DNA of 64,000 nt. Origin: Chitinophaga pinensis (GTDB lineage: Bacteria > Bacteroidota > Bacteroidia > Chitinophagales > Chitinophagaceae). The position numbers and the translations under genes are program-made. The stretch is from assembly GCA_945877085.1 (NCBI GenBank), contig CAMCQV010000001.1, positions 20,221-84,220 on the forward strand. Direction: 5' to 3'. Shown one piece after another: positions 10,255-19,171 of this stretch; position 1 is the stretch's first letter, and each line of letters begins with the position of its first letter. Under the pieces are notes generated by a model that searched no databases, was not told the DNA's origin, and worked only from the letters and a program-made list of their open reading frames with translations.

Positions 10255-12489
10255 TTAATTACCTACTACGCTTAAAAATTTAATGCGCATAATTTTAAGT
10301 TGCTCCCAAGTGTACTCATTTTCACTCAACTCTTGTTGTGCAATTTGTAAAGAAGAGGTTTCGCAGCTTTTGAAATATTCTAAAATTTCTTCTTGATCAT
10401 ATTCGTCCAGCCATTCATCAATGGCATAATCTAAATTTAATTTGGTGCCACTAGCCGCGATGGTTTCCATTTCCTCCAGTAAACTATCTAGTCTTAGGTC
10501 TTTGTTTTTTGCAATGGTTTCTAAAGGAATTTTCTTATCTACATTTTGAATGATATAGATCTTATTACTAGACTTATTGGCCACGGACTTCATCACAAAA
10601 TCATCCGGCTTTTCGATATTATGATCAATGACATATTGTGCAATAAGTTTGATAAATGCTTCTCCATATTTAAGGGATTTACCCTTGCTCACACCTTGAC
10701 AACGCTCCAATTCTGTAAATGAGGTAGGATACAAAGTGGCCATATCTTGCAAAGAAGTCTCCAAGAATATAACGAATGGTGGTAGTCCAATTTTTTTGGC
10801 TACCACTTGACGTAGATCTTTCAATAATTCAAATAAACGGTCGTCTGTGGTAACAGCATCTTCGGCCACTTCACTGTCCTCGTCTTCACCCAACTCGGCG
10901 GCAAAAACATTTTGCAAGACCACCAAAAACGAACTAGGTTTTTTCAAGAATTTTTGACCTTTTGAAGTCAGTTTTAAAAGGCCATATTCTTCGATATCTT
11001 TTTCGATCAATTCTTCGAGCATTGCCTGACGGATCAAACTATTCCAAAACAAATCATCATGCGTTTTCCCGATTCCAAAAACAGGTAATTTTTCGTGACG
11101 ATATAAACCAATCTGAGGTGTATAATGTCCCGTAATAATTTGCACCACATAGGCCGCTACAAATCTTTCATCCAATGCCTGTATCGTTTGTAATAATTGT
11201 ACTACTTCTGTTTTAGCTTGGAATTGTTCTTTAGGATGTAAGCAATTATCGCATTTGCCACAATTTTTATCGGGCCATGATTCTCCAAAATAATGTAATA
11301 AACTTCTTCTTCTACAAACACCACTTTCGGCAAATGCCACAGTTTCGTCAATTAATTGTGCACCCACCTCTCTTTCACTCAATGGCTTGTCTCTTAAAAA
11401 ATGTTCTAATTTAGAAACGTCTTTTTGGGAATAATATAAAATACAATTTCCTTCTAAACCATCTCTACCAGCCCTGCCTGTCTCTTGGTAATAATTCTCG
11501 ATAGATTTAGGGATATTATAATGAATGACAAAGCGGATATCTGGTTTATCAATGCCCATACCAAATGCAATGGTCGCCACAATAACCTGTACATCTTCGT
11601 TTAAAAATTGATCCTGTCTTTCTGCGCGCAATTTTTGATCCAATCCAGCATGGTATGCGACTGCTTTAATATTATTTGCCTTTAAAAGATCTGCGAGTTC
11701 TTCTGTCGTTTTTCGATTAAGGGTATAAATGATACCACTCTTTTTTTTATGCTTTGTAATATATTTTACAATGCTTTTAACGGTCTGATCCTTTTTAATT
11801 TTTGGCTGCACTTCGTAATAGAGATTGTCCCTATTAAAAGATGAAATTAAAATTTCTGGATTGTTAAGTGAAAGGTTTTTTACAATATCACTTTGCACTT
11901 TAGGTGTAGCTGTTGCAGTCAATGCAATAATGGGTGCGGATGGATTGATCTCTTCCATCATCTCTTTTAAACGACGGTATTCTGGTCTAAAATCATGTCC
12001 CCACTCAGAAATACAATGGGCTTCGTCCACTGCAAAAAAAGACACTTTCAAGTCGCTAAAAAAATCTAGGTTTTCTTGTTTTGTCAAAGTCTCTGGAGCT
12101 ACATATAATAATTTAGTCTTGCCACTTAAAAGATCTTCTTTGACCACTTTGACTTGCCCTTTGTTTAAAGAAGAATTTAAAAAGTGTGCAACTTCGTCAT
12201 GCTCACTATACCCTCTAACAAGATCTACCTGATTCTTCATTAAGGCAATCAGTGGGGATACGACAATGGCGCATCCCTCTAGCATCATGGCTGGCAATTG
12301 ATAGCACAAACTCTTTCCCCCACCTGTGGGCATGATCACAAAAGTATCCCGTCCACTCAATAGGGATAGGATGGCTTGTTCTTGGGTACCCTTGAACTCG
12401 GAGAAACCAAAATATTGCTCTAAAGCCGCTAATATCTCCTTGTTTTGAGGTGTAGCAGTCTTTTTAATCGTTTTTTTAGGCGTAGGCAT
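10255..12489 (-). CDS. recQ: ATP-dependent DNA helicase RecQ
   Basis: MPTGGGKSLCYQ, DEAHCISEWGHDFRP, QETGRAGRDG, Zn-binding CRR...CGKCDNC, HRDC region. Confidence 0.97.
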   Translation of the reverse strand: MPTPKKTIKKTATPQNKEILAALEQYFGFSEFKGTQEQAILSLLSGRDTFVIMPTGGGKSLCYQLPAMMLEGCAIVVSPLIALMKNQVDLVRGYSEHDEVAHFLNSSLNKGQVKVVKEDLLSGKTKLLYVAPETLTKQENLDFFSDLKVSFFAVDEAHCISEWGHDFRPEYRRLKEMMEEINPSAPIIALTATATPKVQSDIVKNLSLNNPEILISSFNRDNLYYEVQPKIKKDQTVKSIVKYITKHKKKSGIIYTLNRKTTEELADLLKANNIKAVAYHAGLDQKLRAERQDQFLNEDVQVIVATIAFGMGIDKPDIRFVIHYNIPKSIENYYQETGRAGRDGLEGNCILYYSQKDVSKLEHFLRDKPLSEREVGAQLIDETVAFAESGVCRRRSLLHYFGESWPDKNCGKCDNCLHPKEQFQAKTEVVQLLQTIQALDERFVAAYVVQIITGHYTPQIGLYRHEKLPVFGIGKTHDDLFWNSLIRQAMLEELIEKDIEEYGLLKLTSKGQKFLKKPSSFLVVLQNVFAAELGEDEDSEVAEDAVTTDDRLFELLKDLRQVVAKKIGLPPFVIFLETSLQDMATLYPTSFTELERCQGVSKGKSLKYGEAFIKLIAQYVIDHNIEKPDDFVMKSVANKSSNKIYIIQNVDKKIPLETIAKNKDLRLDSLLEEMETIAASGTKLNLDYAIDEWLDEYDQEEILEYFKSCETSSLQIAQQELSENEYTWEQLKIMRIKFLSVVGN

Positions 12490-12642
12490 CGTAATAAGCT
12501 TAAAATCAACTGTTTACTTTCTTAATCTACTTTTAAGTTAACGCATTTTGTTGAACAAAAGTTCACAAAAATGTATAATTTTTTAAAATAAACCTTTTAA
12601 TAAAGGATGGATTAAAAAACGATTACAAAGTTAACGAAGTAT

Positions 12643-12650
12643 TACCTTTG
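12643..12650 (+). promoter_or_regulatory. -7 promoter element (TACCTTTG) for kdsD-manC-fabH
   Basis: Exact TAnnTTTG match 13 nt before ATG 12664. Confidence 0.65.
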
Positions 12651-12663
12651 CTCCATCTATATT

Positions 12664-13632
12664 ATGCCTATGTCATCTGAGATTAAATCCATTGCCAAAA
12701 ACGCTTTACTGATCGAAACAAAAGCGGTAGCTGGATTGGAAAAATTTATAAACGACCAATTTGTTGAAGCAGTCCAAGCGGTGATCGCATCCAAAGGCCG
12801 TTTGATAGTAAGTGGCATTGGCAAAAGTGCCATTATCGCACAAAAAATTGTAGCTACTTGTAATTCTACTGGAACCCCGTCAATGTACCTCCATGCCGCA
12901 GATGCCATTCATGGAGACTCAGGCATGATTGGACCAGAAGATGTGGTGATGATTATTAGCAAGAGTGGTGAGAGTCCAGAAATTAAATTATTAGTTGATT
13001 TAGTAGCCCATTTTGGCAATCCACTGATTGCCATGGTTGGAAATGTAGATAGTTATTTAGGTAAAGCCACATCGCTAATTATTAATACTACTGTAGATCA
13101 AGAAGCATGTATTCATAATTTAGCGCCCACTTCATCTACCACTGCACAAATGGTGATGGGCGATTTGATGGCCATTGCATTCATGGAATTAAAGGGTTTC
13201 AATTCTAATGATTTTGCCAAATTTCATCCAGGTGGTAATCTTGGAAAAAGATTAACCTTAACAACGGGCGCCATTGCAAAACAAAATACGCAACCAAGTG
13301 TAAAAGCTTCTACTAGTATTAAAGAAGTCATTAGCGCTATTTCAAAAAGTAGGATGGGTGCCACAGTGGTATTAGATGATACTGATGCTATTATTGGCAT
13401 GATTACAGATGGCGATATTCGTCGAATGTTAGAACAACATAATAGTATACAAGATCTTAAAGCCGCTGATATTTTTCATAAAAAGCCAATAACAATTTCC
13501 TCCAACACCTTGGCCATTGAAGCATTTGATTTAATGAAAGCGCATGATATTAGTCAATTGATTGTGGCCGACGAAGGTCAGTATAAGGGAATGATTCATA
13601 TGCACGATTTAATGAAAGAGGGGATTTTATAA
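12664..13632 (+). CDS. kdsD: KpsF/GutQ arabinose-5-phosphate isomerase (SIS + CBS domains)
   Basis: GIGKSAII, STGTP, AIHGD, LAPTSSTT and FHPGG motifs; CBS pair. Confidence 0.92.
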   Translation: MPMSSEIKSIAKNALLIETKAVAGLEKFINDQFVEAVQAVIASKGRLIVSGIGKSAIIAQKIVATCNSTGTPSMYLHAADAIHGDSGMIGPEDVVMIISKSGESPEIKLLVDLVAHFGNPLIAMVGNVDSYLGKATSLIINTTVDQEACIHNLAPTSSTTAQMVMGDLMAIAFMELKGFNSNDFAKFHPGGNLGKRLTLTTGAIAKQNTQPSVKASTSIKEVISAISKSRMGATVVLDDTDAIIGMITDGDIRRMLEQHNSIQDLKAADIFHKKPITISSNTLAIEAFDLMKAHDISQLIVADEGQYKGMIHMHDLMKEGIL

Positions 13633-13641
13633 AACACATCT

Positions 13642-14727
13642 ATGCAAAACAAAAATCACTATGTAGCCATTATGGCTGGAGGTATTGGAAGTCGTTTTTG
13701 GCCAATGAGTAGGACTGCGCTCCCTAAACAATTTTTAGATGTATTGAATACTGGTAAGACATTGGTACAATGGACCTATGAACGTTATACGAAATTTATT
13801 CCTGCTGAAAATATATTTATTGTGACTTCCGAAGAGTATGTTGAGATTGTAAAACAACAATTGCCATTACTGCCGGTTGAAAATATCTTAGCAGAACCTA
13901 GCAAAAAAAATACAGCGCCTTGTATTGCCTATATCTCATTTAAATTGGCGCAGATGAACCCTGATGCAAAATGTATCGTTGCACCAAGTGACCATTTAAT
14001 TTTAGAAGAGGAACGTTTTCAATCTATTGCATTACAAGCATTAGATTTTGTAGACAATATAAAAGCATTAGCCACTTTAGGGATTCAGCCTACACACCCA
14101 AATACGGGCTATGGTTACATCCAATTTGAAGGACTAGAAGTGGCTAAGAATGTATACAAAGTAAAAACCTTTACCGAAAAACCAGATTTAGAAATTGCTA
14201 AATCCTTTTTAGCAAGCGGTGATTTTTTATGGAACGCAGGTATTTTTGCTTGGAAAATTAGTAATATCTTAACTGCTTTCGAAAAGTACCAGCCAGAAAT
14301 GTATGAGTTGTTTGATCAAGAGAAACTACATTTTAATACAGCAGAAGAAAACGCTGCTATTCAAAGAATCTATCCGCAGTGTACCAATATTTCTATTGAC
14401 ATCGCTATTATGGAAAAAGCGAATAACGTATATGTAATGCCAGCCTCTTTTGGATGGAGCGACCTAGGTACATGGAATAGTGCTTATGAGAATATGGAAA
14501 AGGATTATTTAGGAAATGCTGTTGCTTCTGATAATGTAATCGTCATAGATGCTACAAAATGTATGGTCAATTCGCCTAAGGACAAACTAGTTGTGCTGCA
14601 AGGGTTAGATGACTTTATTGTGGTGGATACAAAGGATGTTTTATTGATTTGTAGCAGGGATAAAGAGCAGTCTATCAAAGAATATGTGGCAGAAGTAAAA
14701 AGAAACAAAGGCGATAAATATATCTAA
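13642..14727 (+). CDS. manC: Mannose-1-phosphate guanylyltransferase
   Basis: MAGGIGSRFWPMSR..PKQF, EP..KNTAP, TGYGYI, FTEKP and WSDLGTW motifs. Confidence 0.92.
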   Translation: MQNKNHYVAIMAGGIGSRFWPMSRTALPKQFLDVLNTGKTLVQWTYERYTKFIPAENIFIVTSEEYVEIVKQQLPLLPVENILAEPSKKNTAPCIAYISFKLAQMNPDAKCIVAPSDHLILEEERFQSIALQALDFVDNIKALATLGIQPTHPNTGYGYIQFEGLEVAKNVYKVKTFTEKPDLEIAKSFLASGDFLWNAGIFAWKISNILTAFEKYQPEMYELFDQEKLHFNTAEENAAIQRIYPQCTNISIDIAIMEKANNVYVMPASFGWSDLGTWNSAYENMEKDYLGNAVASDNVIVIDATKCMVNSPKDKLVVLQGLDDFIVVDTKDVLLICSRDKEQSIKEYVAEVKRNKGDKYI

Positions 14728-14780
14728 ATTGCCTAACTTAGGGTAATTAGGATATAGCTTATAAACATTAATTACCCCCT

Positions 14781-15845
14781 ATGGCAACCATTATAACCGG
14801 CACAGGTAGTATTATACCGCACCATATTAAGTCCAATCAAGATTTTGTTGAAAATACTTTTTATGATGAGCAAAGTGAATTGATCAAAACACCTAACCAA
14901 GAAATTGTTGAAAAATTTAAAGGGATCACTGGCATCATGGAAAGACGCTATGCCGATGTGGGTGTCAATACTTCTGACCTTGCTGCAGCAGCAGCTAAAT
15001 TAGCCATCCAGGCTGCAGGAATAGATCCTGAAACAATTGATCAAATCATTGTAGCACATAATTTTGGAGACGTACAAAATGGCACCATTCAGTCAGATGC
15101 CGTTCCTGCAATTGCATCTAGAGTAAAACATCATTTAGGCATTACCAATCCTAACTGTGTAGCGTATGATATTTTATTTGGTTGTCCTGGTTGGATACAA
15201 GGTGTGATTCAAGCAGATTCATTTATTAAATCGGGGATGGCAAAGCGATGTATAGTGATTGGCGCCGAGACATTAAGCAGGGTCGTGGATCAGCACGATA
15301 GAGATAGTATGATTTTTAGTGATGGGGCAGGTGCATGTATTGTGGAACATAGCGATGATCCTAATAAGGGTATTTTAGCCTTTAGTGTACAAAGCCATTG
15401 TAACGATGAAGCCTACTTTTTATATTTAGGTAAATCATATCATCCCCAAGCAGATGACACAACAAGGTATATAAAAATGAAAGGCCGAAAGGTCTATGAG
15501 TATGCTATTAAGAATGTGCCCATTGCCATGAAAGCCTGTATCGAAAAAGCTGGAGTGGATATACATGAAGTGAAAAAATTCTTCTTACATCAAGCCAACG
15601 AAAAAATGGATGAAGGCTTTATTAAAGCATTGTACAAATTATATGATATCAAGGATATTCCTGCAGATATCATGCCAATGAGTATCCATGAATTAGGTAA
15701 TAGTTCAGTAGCGACGATTCCAACATTATATGACCTAGTACTTAAAGGAAAATACCCACAACATCATTTAGAAAAAGGCGATGTGGTCATTTTTGCATCC
15801 GTTGGAGCGGGGATGAATATCAATGCAATTTGCTATCGACTCTAA
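14781..15845 (+). CDS. fabH: 3-oxoacyl-ACP synthase III family protein
   Basis: Cys-His-Asn triad (FGCPG, HQAN, GNSS); DGAGA. Confidence 0.85.
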   Translation: MATIITGTGSIIPHHIKSNQDFVENTFYDEQSELIKTPNQEIVEKFKGITGIMERRYADVGVNTSDLAAAAAKLAIQAAGIDPETIDQIIVAHNFGDVQNGTIQSDAVPAIASRVKHHLGITNPNCVAYDILFGCPGWIQGVIQADSFIKSGMAKRCIVIGAETLSRVVDQHDRDSMIFSDGAGACIVEHSDDPNKGILAFSVQSHCNDEAYFLYLGKSYHPQADDTTRYIKMKGRKVYEYAIKNVPIAMKACIEKAGVDIHEVKKFFLHQANEKMDEGFIKALYKLYDIKDIPADIMPMSIHELGNSSVATIPTLYDLVLKGKYPQHHLEKGDVVIFASVGAGMNINAICYRL

Positions 15846-15853
15846 TATTTTTA

Positions 15854-17701
15854 TTAGTAACCTCGTTGGTTATTGCCTTCGATATAGTTGATATACGCTT
15901 TATTACAAACTTTGTTCCCCCCTGGTGTTGGATAATTACCAGTGAAATACCAATCACCCGTATTAGTAGGACAACATGCATGCAATCCTTCGATTGTTTG
16001 ATAGATCACTTCTACAGGTATTTGAATATTATCTGGCGTGATGAGTTGCGCAATTTTATCTGAAATTTCTTCGGTTGTAAATGGCTTGTACAATTCACGC
16101 ACCACATTTTCGGTATGTAATTCGTTATTCGCTTCAAGTGTTTTGATCTTTTGATAGACATCATTCATCACCTCATCCATCCCTCTTTCTTTCAATAAAG
16201 CAATAGCCGCTTTAAATGCAATGAAGTCGCCCATCTTACTCATATCAATACCATAACAGTCAGGATACCTAATTTGAGGTGCAGAAGAAACAACAATGAT
16301 CTTTTTTGGTGAAAGTCTGGATAGCATTCGAACGATACTTTCTTTCAAAGTCGTTCCTCTCACAATACTATCATCAATTACTACTAAGCTATCTTCATTT
16401 TTACGTACTGTGCCATAAGTAATATCATACACGTGTTGCACCATCTCATTGCGGTTCGCATCTTCAGTGATGAATGTCCTTAATTTGACATCTTTGATGG
16501 CAATTTTTTCTTGGCGAATTTTTCGATTCACCATCTCACCCAATTTATCCGCATCTACCTCTTTACCCCAACTTAAAATACGTTCCACTTTAATGGCATT
16601 CAGGTATTCTTCCATCCCTTTTATTAACCCGTAAAAAGCCACTTCGGCAGTATTTGGGATATAAGAGAAAATAGTGTTCTTTAAATCTTTTTCGATTCTA
16701 TCTAAAACAATTTTACTTAAGTAATGTCCTAGGGCAATACGCTCTCTATAAATTTTTTCATCACCGCCTCTAGAAAAATAAATACGTTCAAAAGAACAAG
16801 CCCTTCTTTCTTTTGGTTCAATAATTTGTTCTATGGTGTATCCGCCCTTATCATCAATAATTAAAGCAGTACCTGGCATTAATTCATGTACTTCATTCTC
16901 TCCTACATTAAATGTGGTTCGTATTGCAGCTCTTTCGCTAGCAGCCACTATCACTTCCCCGTCAATATAATAATAAGCTGGACGAATGCCATGTGCATCA
17001 CGCATAATAAAACTATAACCATTGCCCACTAATCCACCAATCGTAAAGCCGCCATCAAACATAGGTACGGCTTGTTTTAAAACCTCAGCAATATTTGGAC
17101 AATTGGGATTTTTTGTTTCTTCAATGACTAAAAAGTGGTGAATCACTTCCATCATTGCTGCCAAATCACTTTGTTTTTCAAAAGGACCTGGATCATGTTG
17201 GATGAGCTTGAATAATTCATCTGTATTCACCAAATTGAAATTACCAGCTAATGCAAGGTTTTTTCCTGGTACTAAATTTCTCTTAATAAATGGATGGCAA
17301 AATTCAACATTATTTTTGCCTTGAGTACCATACCTTAAATGCCCTAATAACAATTCACCCATAAAAGGCAAATGCCCTTTCATTAAGCCTGGATGCTTAG
17401 TTATATCTGGTTGTAATTTTTCTAGTTCTTGTATTTCTTGTCCTACTTTGTAAAATAAATCAGCAATAGGTTGCTGCGCGCTACTTCTTAATCGATACAA
17501 AAAAGGATTGCCTGCTTCTATATCTAGTTTAACAGTTGCAATCCCTGCGCCATCTTGACCACGATTATGTTGCTTCTCCATCAATAGGTACAACTTATTA
17601 AGACCGTAGGTAACTGACCCTCTATTTTGTAAATAGTAGGAGAAAGGTTTTCTTAACCTAATGAATGCTAAGCCACATTCGTGTTTGATTTCGTCGCTCA
17701 T
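15854..17701 (-). CDS. purF: Amidophosphoribosyltransferase (Bacteroidota type)
   Basis: Propeptide then CG, QHNRGQDGAG, GHLRYGT, PRPP motif VIDDSIVRGTT, CYGID. Confidence 0.92.
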   Translation of the reverse strand: MSDEIKHECGLAFIRLRKPFSYYLQNRGSVTYGLNKLYLLMEKQHNRGQDGAGIATVKLDIEAGNPFLYRLRSSAQQPIADLFYKVGQEIQELEKLQPDITKHPGLMKGHLPFMGELLLGHLRYGTQGKNNVEFCHPFIKRNLVPGKNLALAGNFNLVNTDELFKLIQHDPGPFEKQSDLAAMMEVIHHFLVIEETKNPNCPNIAEVLKQAVPMFDGGFTIGGLVGNGYSFIMRDAHGIRPAYYYIDGEVIVAASERAAIRTTFNVGENEVHELMPGTALIIDDKGGYTIEQIIEPKERRACSFERIYFSRGGDEKIYRERIALGHYLSKIVLDRIEKDLKNTIFSYIPNTAEVAFYGLIKGMEEYLNAIKVERILSWGKEVDADKLGEMVNRKIRQEKIAIKDVKLRTFITEDANRNEMVQHVYDITYGTVRKNEDSLVVIDDSIVRGTTLKESIVRMLSRLSPKKIIVVSSAPQIRYPDCYGIDMSKMGDFIAFKAAIALLKERGMDEVMNDVYQKIKTLEANNELHTENVVRELYKPFTTEEISDKIAQLITPDNIQIPVEVIYQTIEGLHACCPTNTGDWYFTGNYPTPGGNKVCNKAYINYIEGNNQRGY

Positions 17702-17711
17702 GATGAAATTT

Positions 17712-19103
17712 CTAGTATGTTTTTTCCTTTACAATTGCATTTGCCACTTTTGTCCAATCTGTTAATTCTTTACAAGCTTGGAACTCATTGTCTATAAATA
17801 CATAGTAATTAGGTACTTTATCTTTAAACCATGATTCTAGTACTTTCGCTTTTTTCTCTTCAAGTGCCCTTAACGAAACACGGTTATAATCTTCTTTTAA
17901 ATTCTCTTTGTGTGGCTCAGTTCTTTCTTTATAGTAAATAATACGAACCGTTTTTCTACCTCTTTCATCTTCATACACTTGCGGTTCAGAAATATCACCT
18001 GGTTTCATGTTCTTAATCAACACAACCATATCTTTATCCAACTGGTCGAAATTGATATAAGTGGATCCATCACGACCTGTTACAGCGCCACCACTAAACT
18101 TACTAGATTCGTCATCACTAAATTTATTCACTGCTTCCCCAAAAGTGGTTTTATTGGCTAGTATTGCTTTTCTAACACTATCTAATATATTCTTTGTTTC
18201 ATTGATCTCGTCATTGGTAATTGGTGGGATTCTTAGGATATGTTTAACCACAGCATCATCGCCAGATCTAGAAATCAATTGGATGATATGGTAACCAAAT
18301 TTTGATTTCACTGGTGCAGAAATTTGACCTTCTTTTAATCTGAAAGATGCCGCCATGAATGCTGGATCAAATTCTCTTACGTTTCTGTTTAAACTAAACT
18401 GCCCTAGGTTTTCTTTTGAACTAGGATCTTCGGAATACAATTTCACCAATTGCTCAAACTTATTCACGCCACCTTCTACTTGCTTTCGGTATTCCAACAT
18501 TTGTTGAATCACATATTCTTCGATATCACGATTCGCTTTAGGATGCATGATGATTTCCGAAATCTGCACTTCACTTTCATACAAAGGCAAACTGTCCACT
18601 GGAATTTTTGCATAAAAAGCTTTTACCTCATTTGGGGTAATCTTTACTTTATCAATAATTTTATTCTGCATTTCCTCCGCCAAACGTTGTTCTTTAATTA
18701 AAAGTCTAAAATCGTCTTTCAATTGAAATACAGAACGGCCAGCAACTTCTTCTAAAACTTCCTTAGAACCAAATTGTTGAATGAAGTTTCGAATACGGCC
18801 ATCAATAGCCACTTCAACTTCTTCTTCTGTAATTAGAATGGAATCTTTTTCGGCTTGTAAAACTAAAGCCTTACGAATCAACTGTCCTTCAATCACCTGA
18901 CAGGCCGATGGTAATTCAATATTTTCTTGACCCTGTGCTTGTCTCTTATAATCTGCAAGCGCATTGTCTACATCGGAACGTAAAATAAACTTATCACCTA
19001 CTGTAGCAATAATTTTATCTGCTAAAACTTTTTTGATTTGAGCTGTTGCTGTACTAGCAATAACAATGAGGACTAAGGCAAATACGATGCGAACTATTTT
19101 CAT
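17712..19103 (-). CDS. surA: SurA-like periplasmic chaperone / parvulin PPIase
   Basis: Signal peptide, DKIIATVG, two parvulin domains (YSEDP...FGYHII). Confidence 0.85.
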   Translation of the reverse strand: MKIVRIVFALVLIVIASTATAQIKKVLADKIIATVGDKFILRSDVDNALADYKRQAQGQENIELPSACQVIEGQLIRKALVLQAEKDSILITEEEVEVAIDGRIRNFIQQFGSKEVLEEVAGRSVFQLKDDFRLLIKEQRLAEEMQNKIIDKVKITPNEVKAFYAKIPVDSLPLYESEVQISEIIMHPKANRDIEEYVIQQMLEYRKQVEGGVNKFEQLVKLYSEDPSSKENLGQFSLNRNVREFDPAFMAASFRLKEGQISAPVKSKFGYHIIQLISRSGDDAVVKHILRIPPITNDEINETKNILDSVRKAILANKTTFGEAVNKFSDDESSKFSGGAVTGRDGSTYINFDQLDKDMVVLIKNMKPGDISEPQVYEDERGRKTVRIIYYKERTEPHKENLKEDYNRVSLRALEEKKAKVLESWFKDKVPNYYVFIDNEFQACKELTDWTKVANAIVKEKTY

Positions 19104-19130
19104 CAAATATAAATTAAGGGGCTAAGTTCC

Positions 19131-19157
19131 GATAGCTGGAGCATTGCCCCAACTATC
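19131..19157 (-). other. RNA stem-loop downstream of infB (no U-tract; possible mRNA stabiliser or weak terminator)
   Basis: GAUAGUUGGGGCA-A-UGCUCCAGCUAUC pairs fully only on the minus strand (two G-U pairs). Confidence 0.6.
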
Positions 19158-19171
19158 AAATCTTAATTTTT

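Noticed and set aside
12530-12580. GTTAA-like repeats between recQ and kdsD as a third Pho-like array
   Set aside because: Spacing is irregular (13, 11, 12 nt), not a constant 11-bp phase.
19104-19111. TATATTTG directly abutting the surA ATG
   Set aside because: Zero spacing would put the transcription start inside the gene; probably coincidental.
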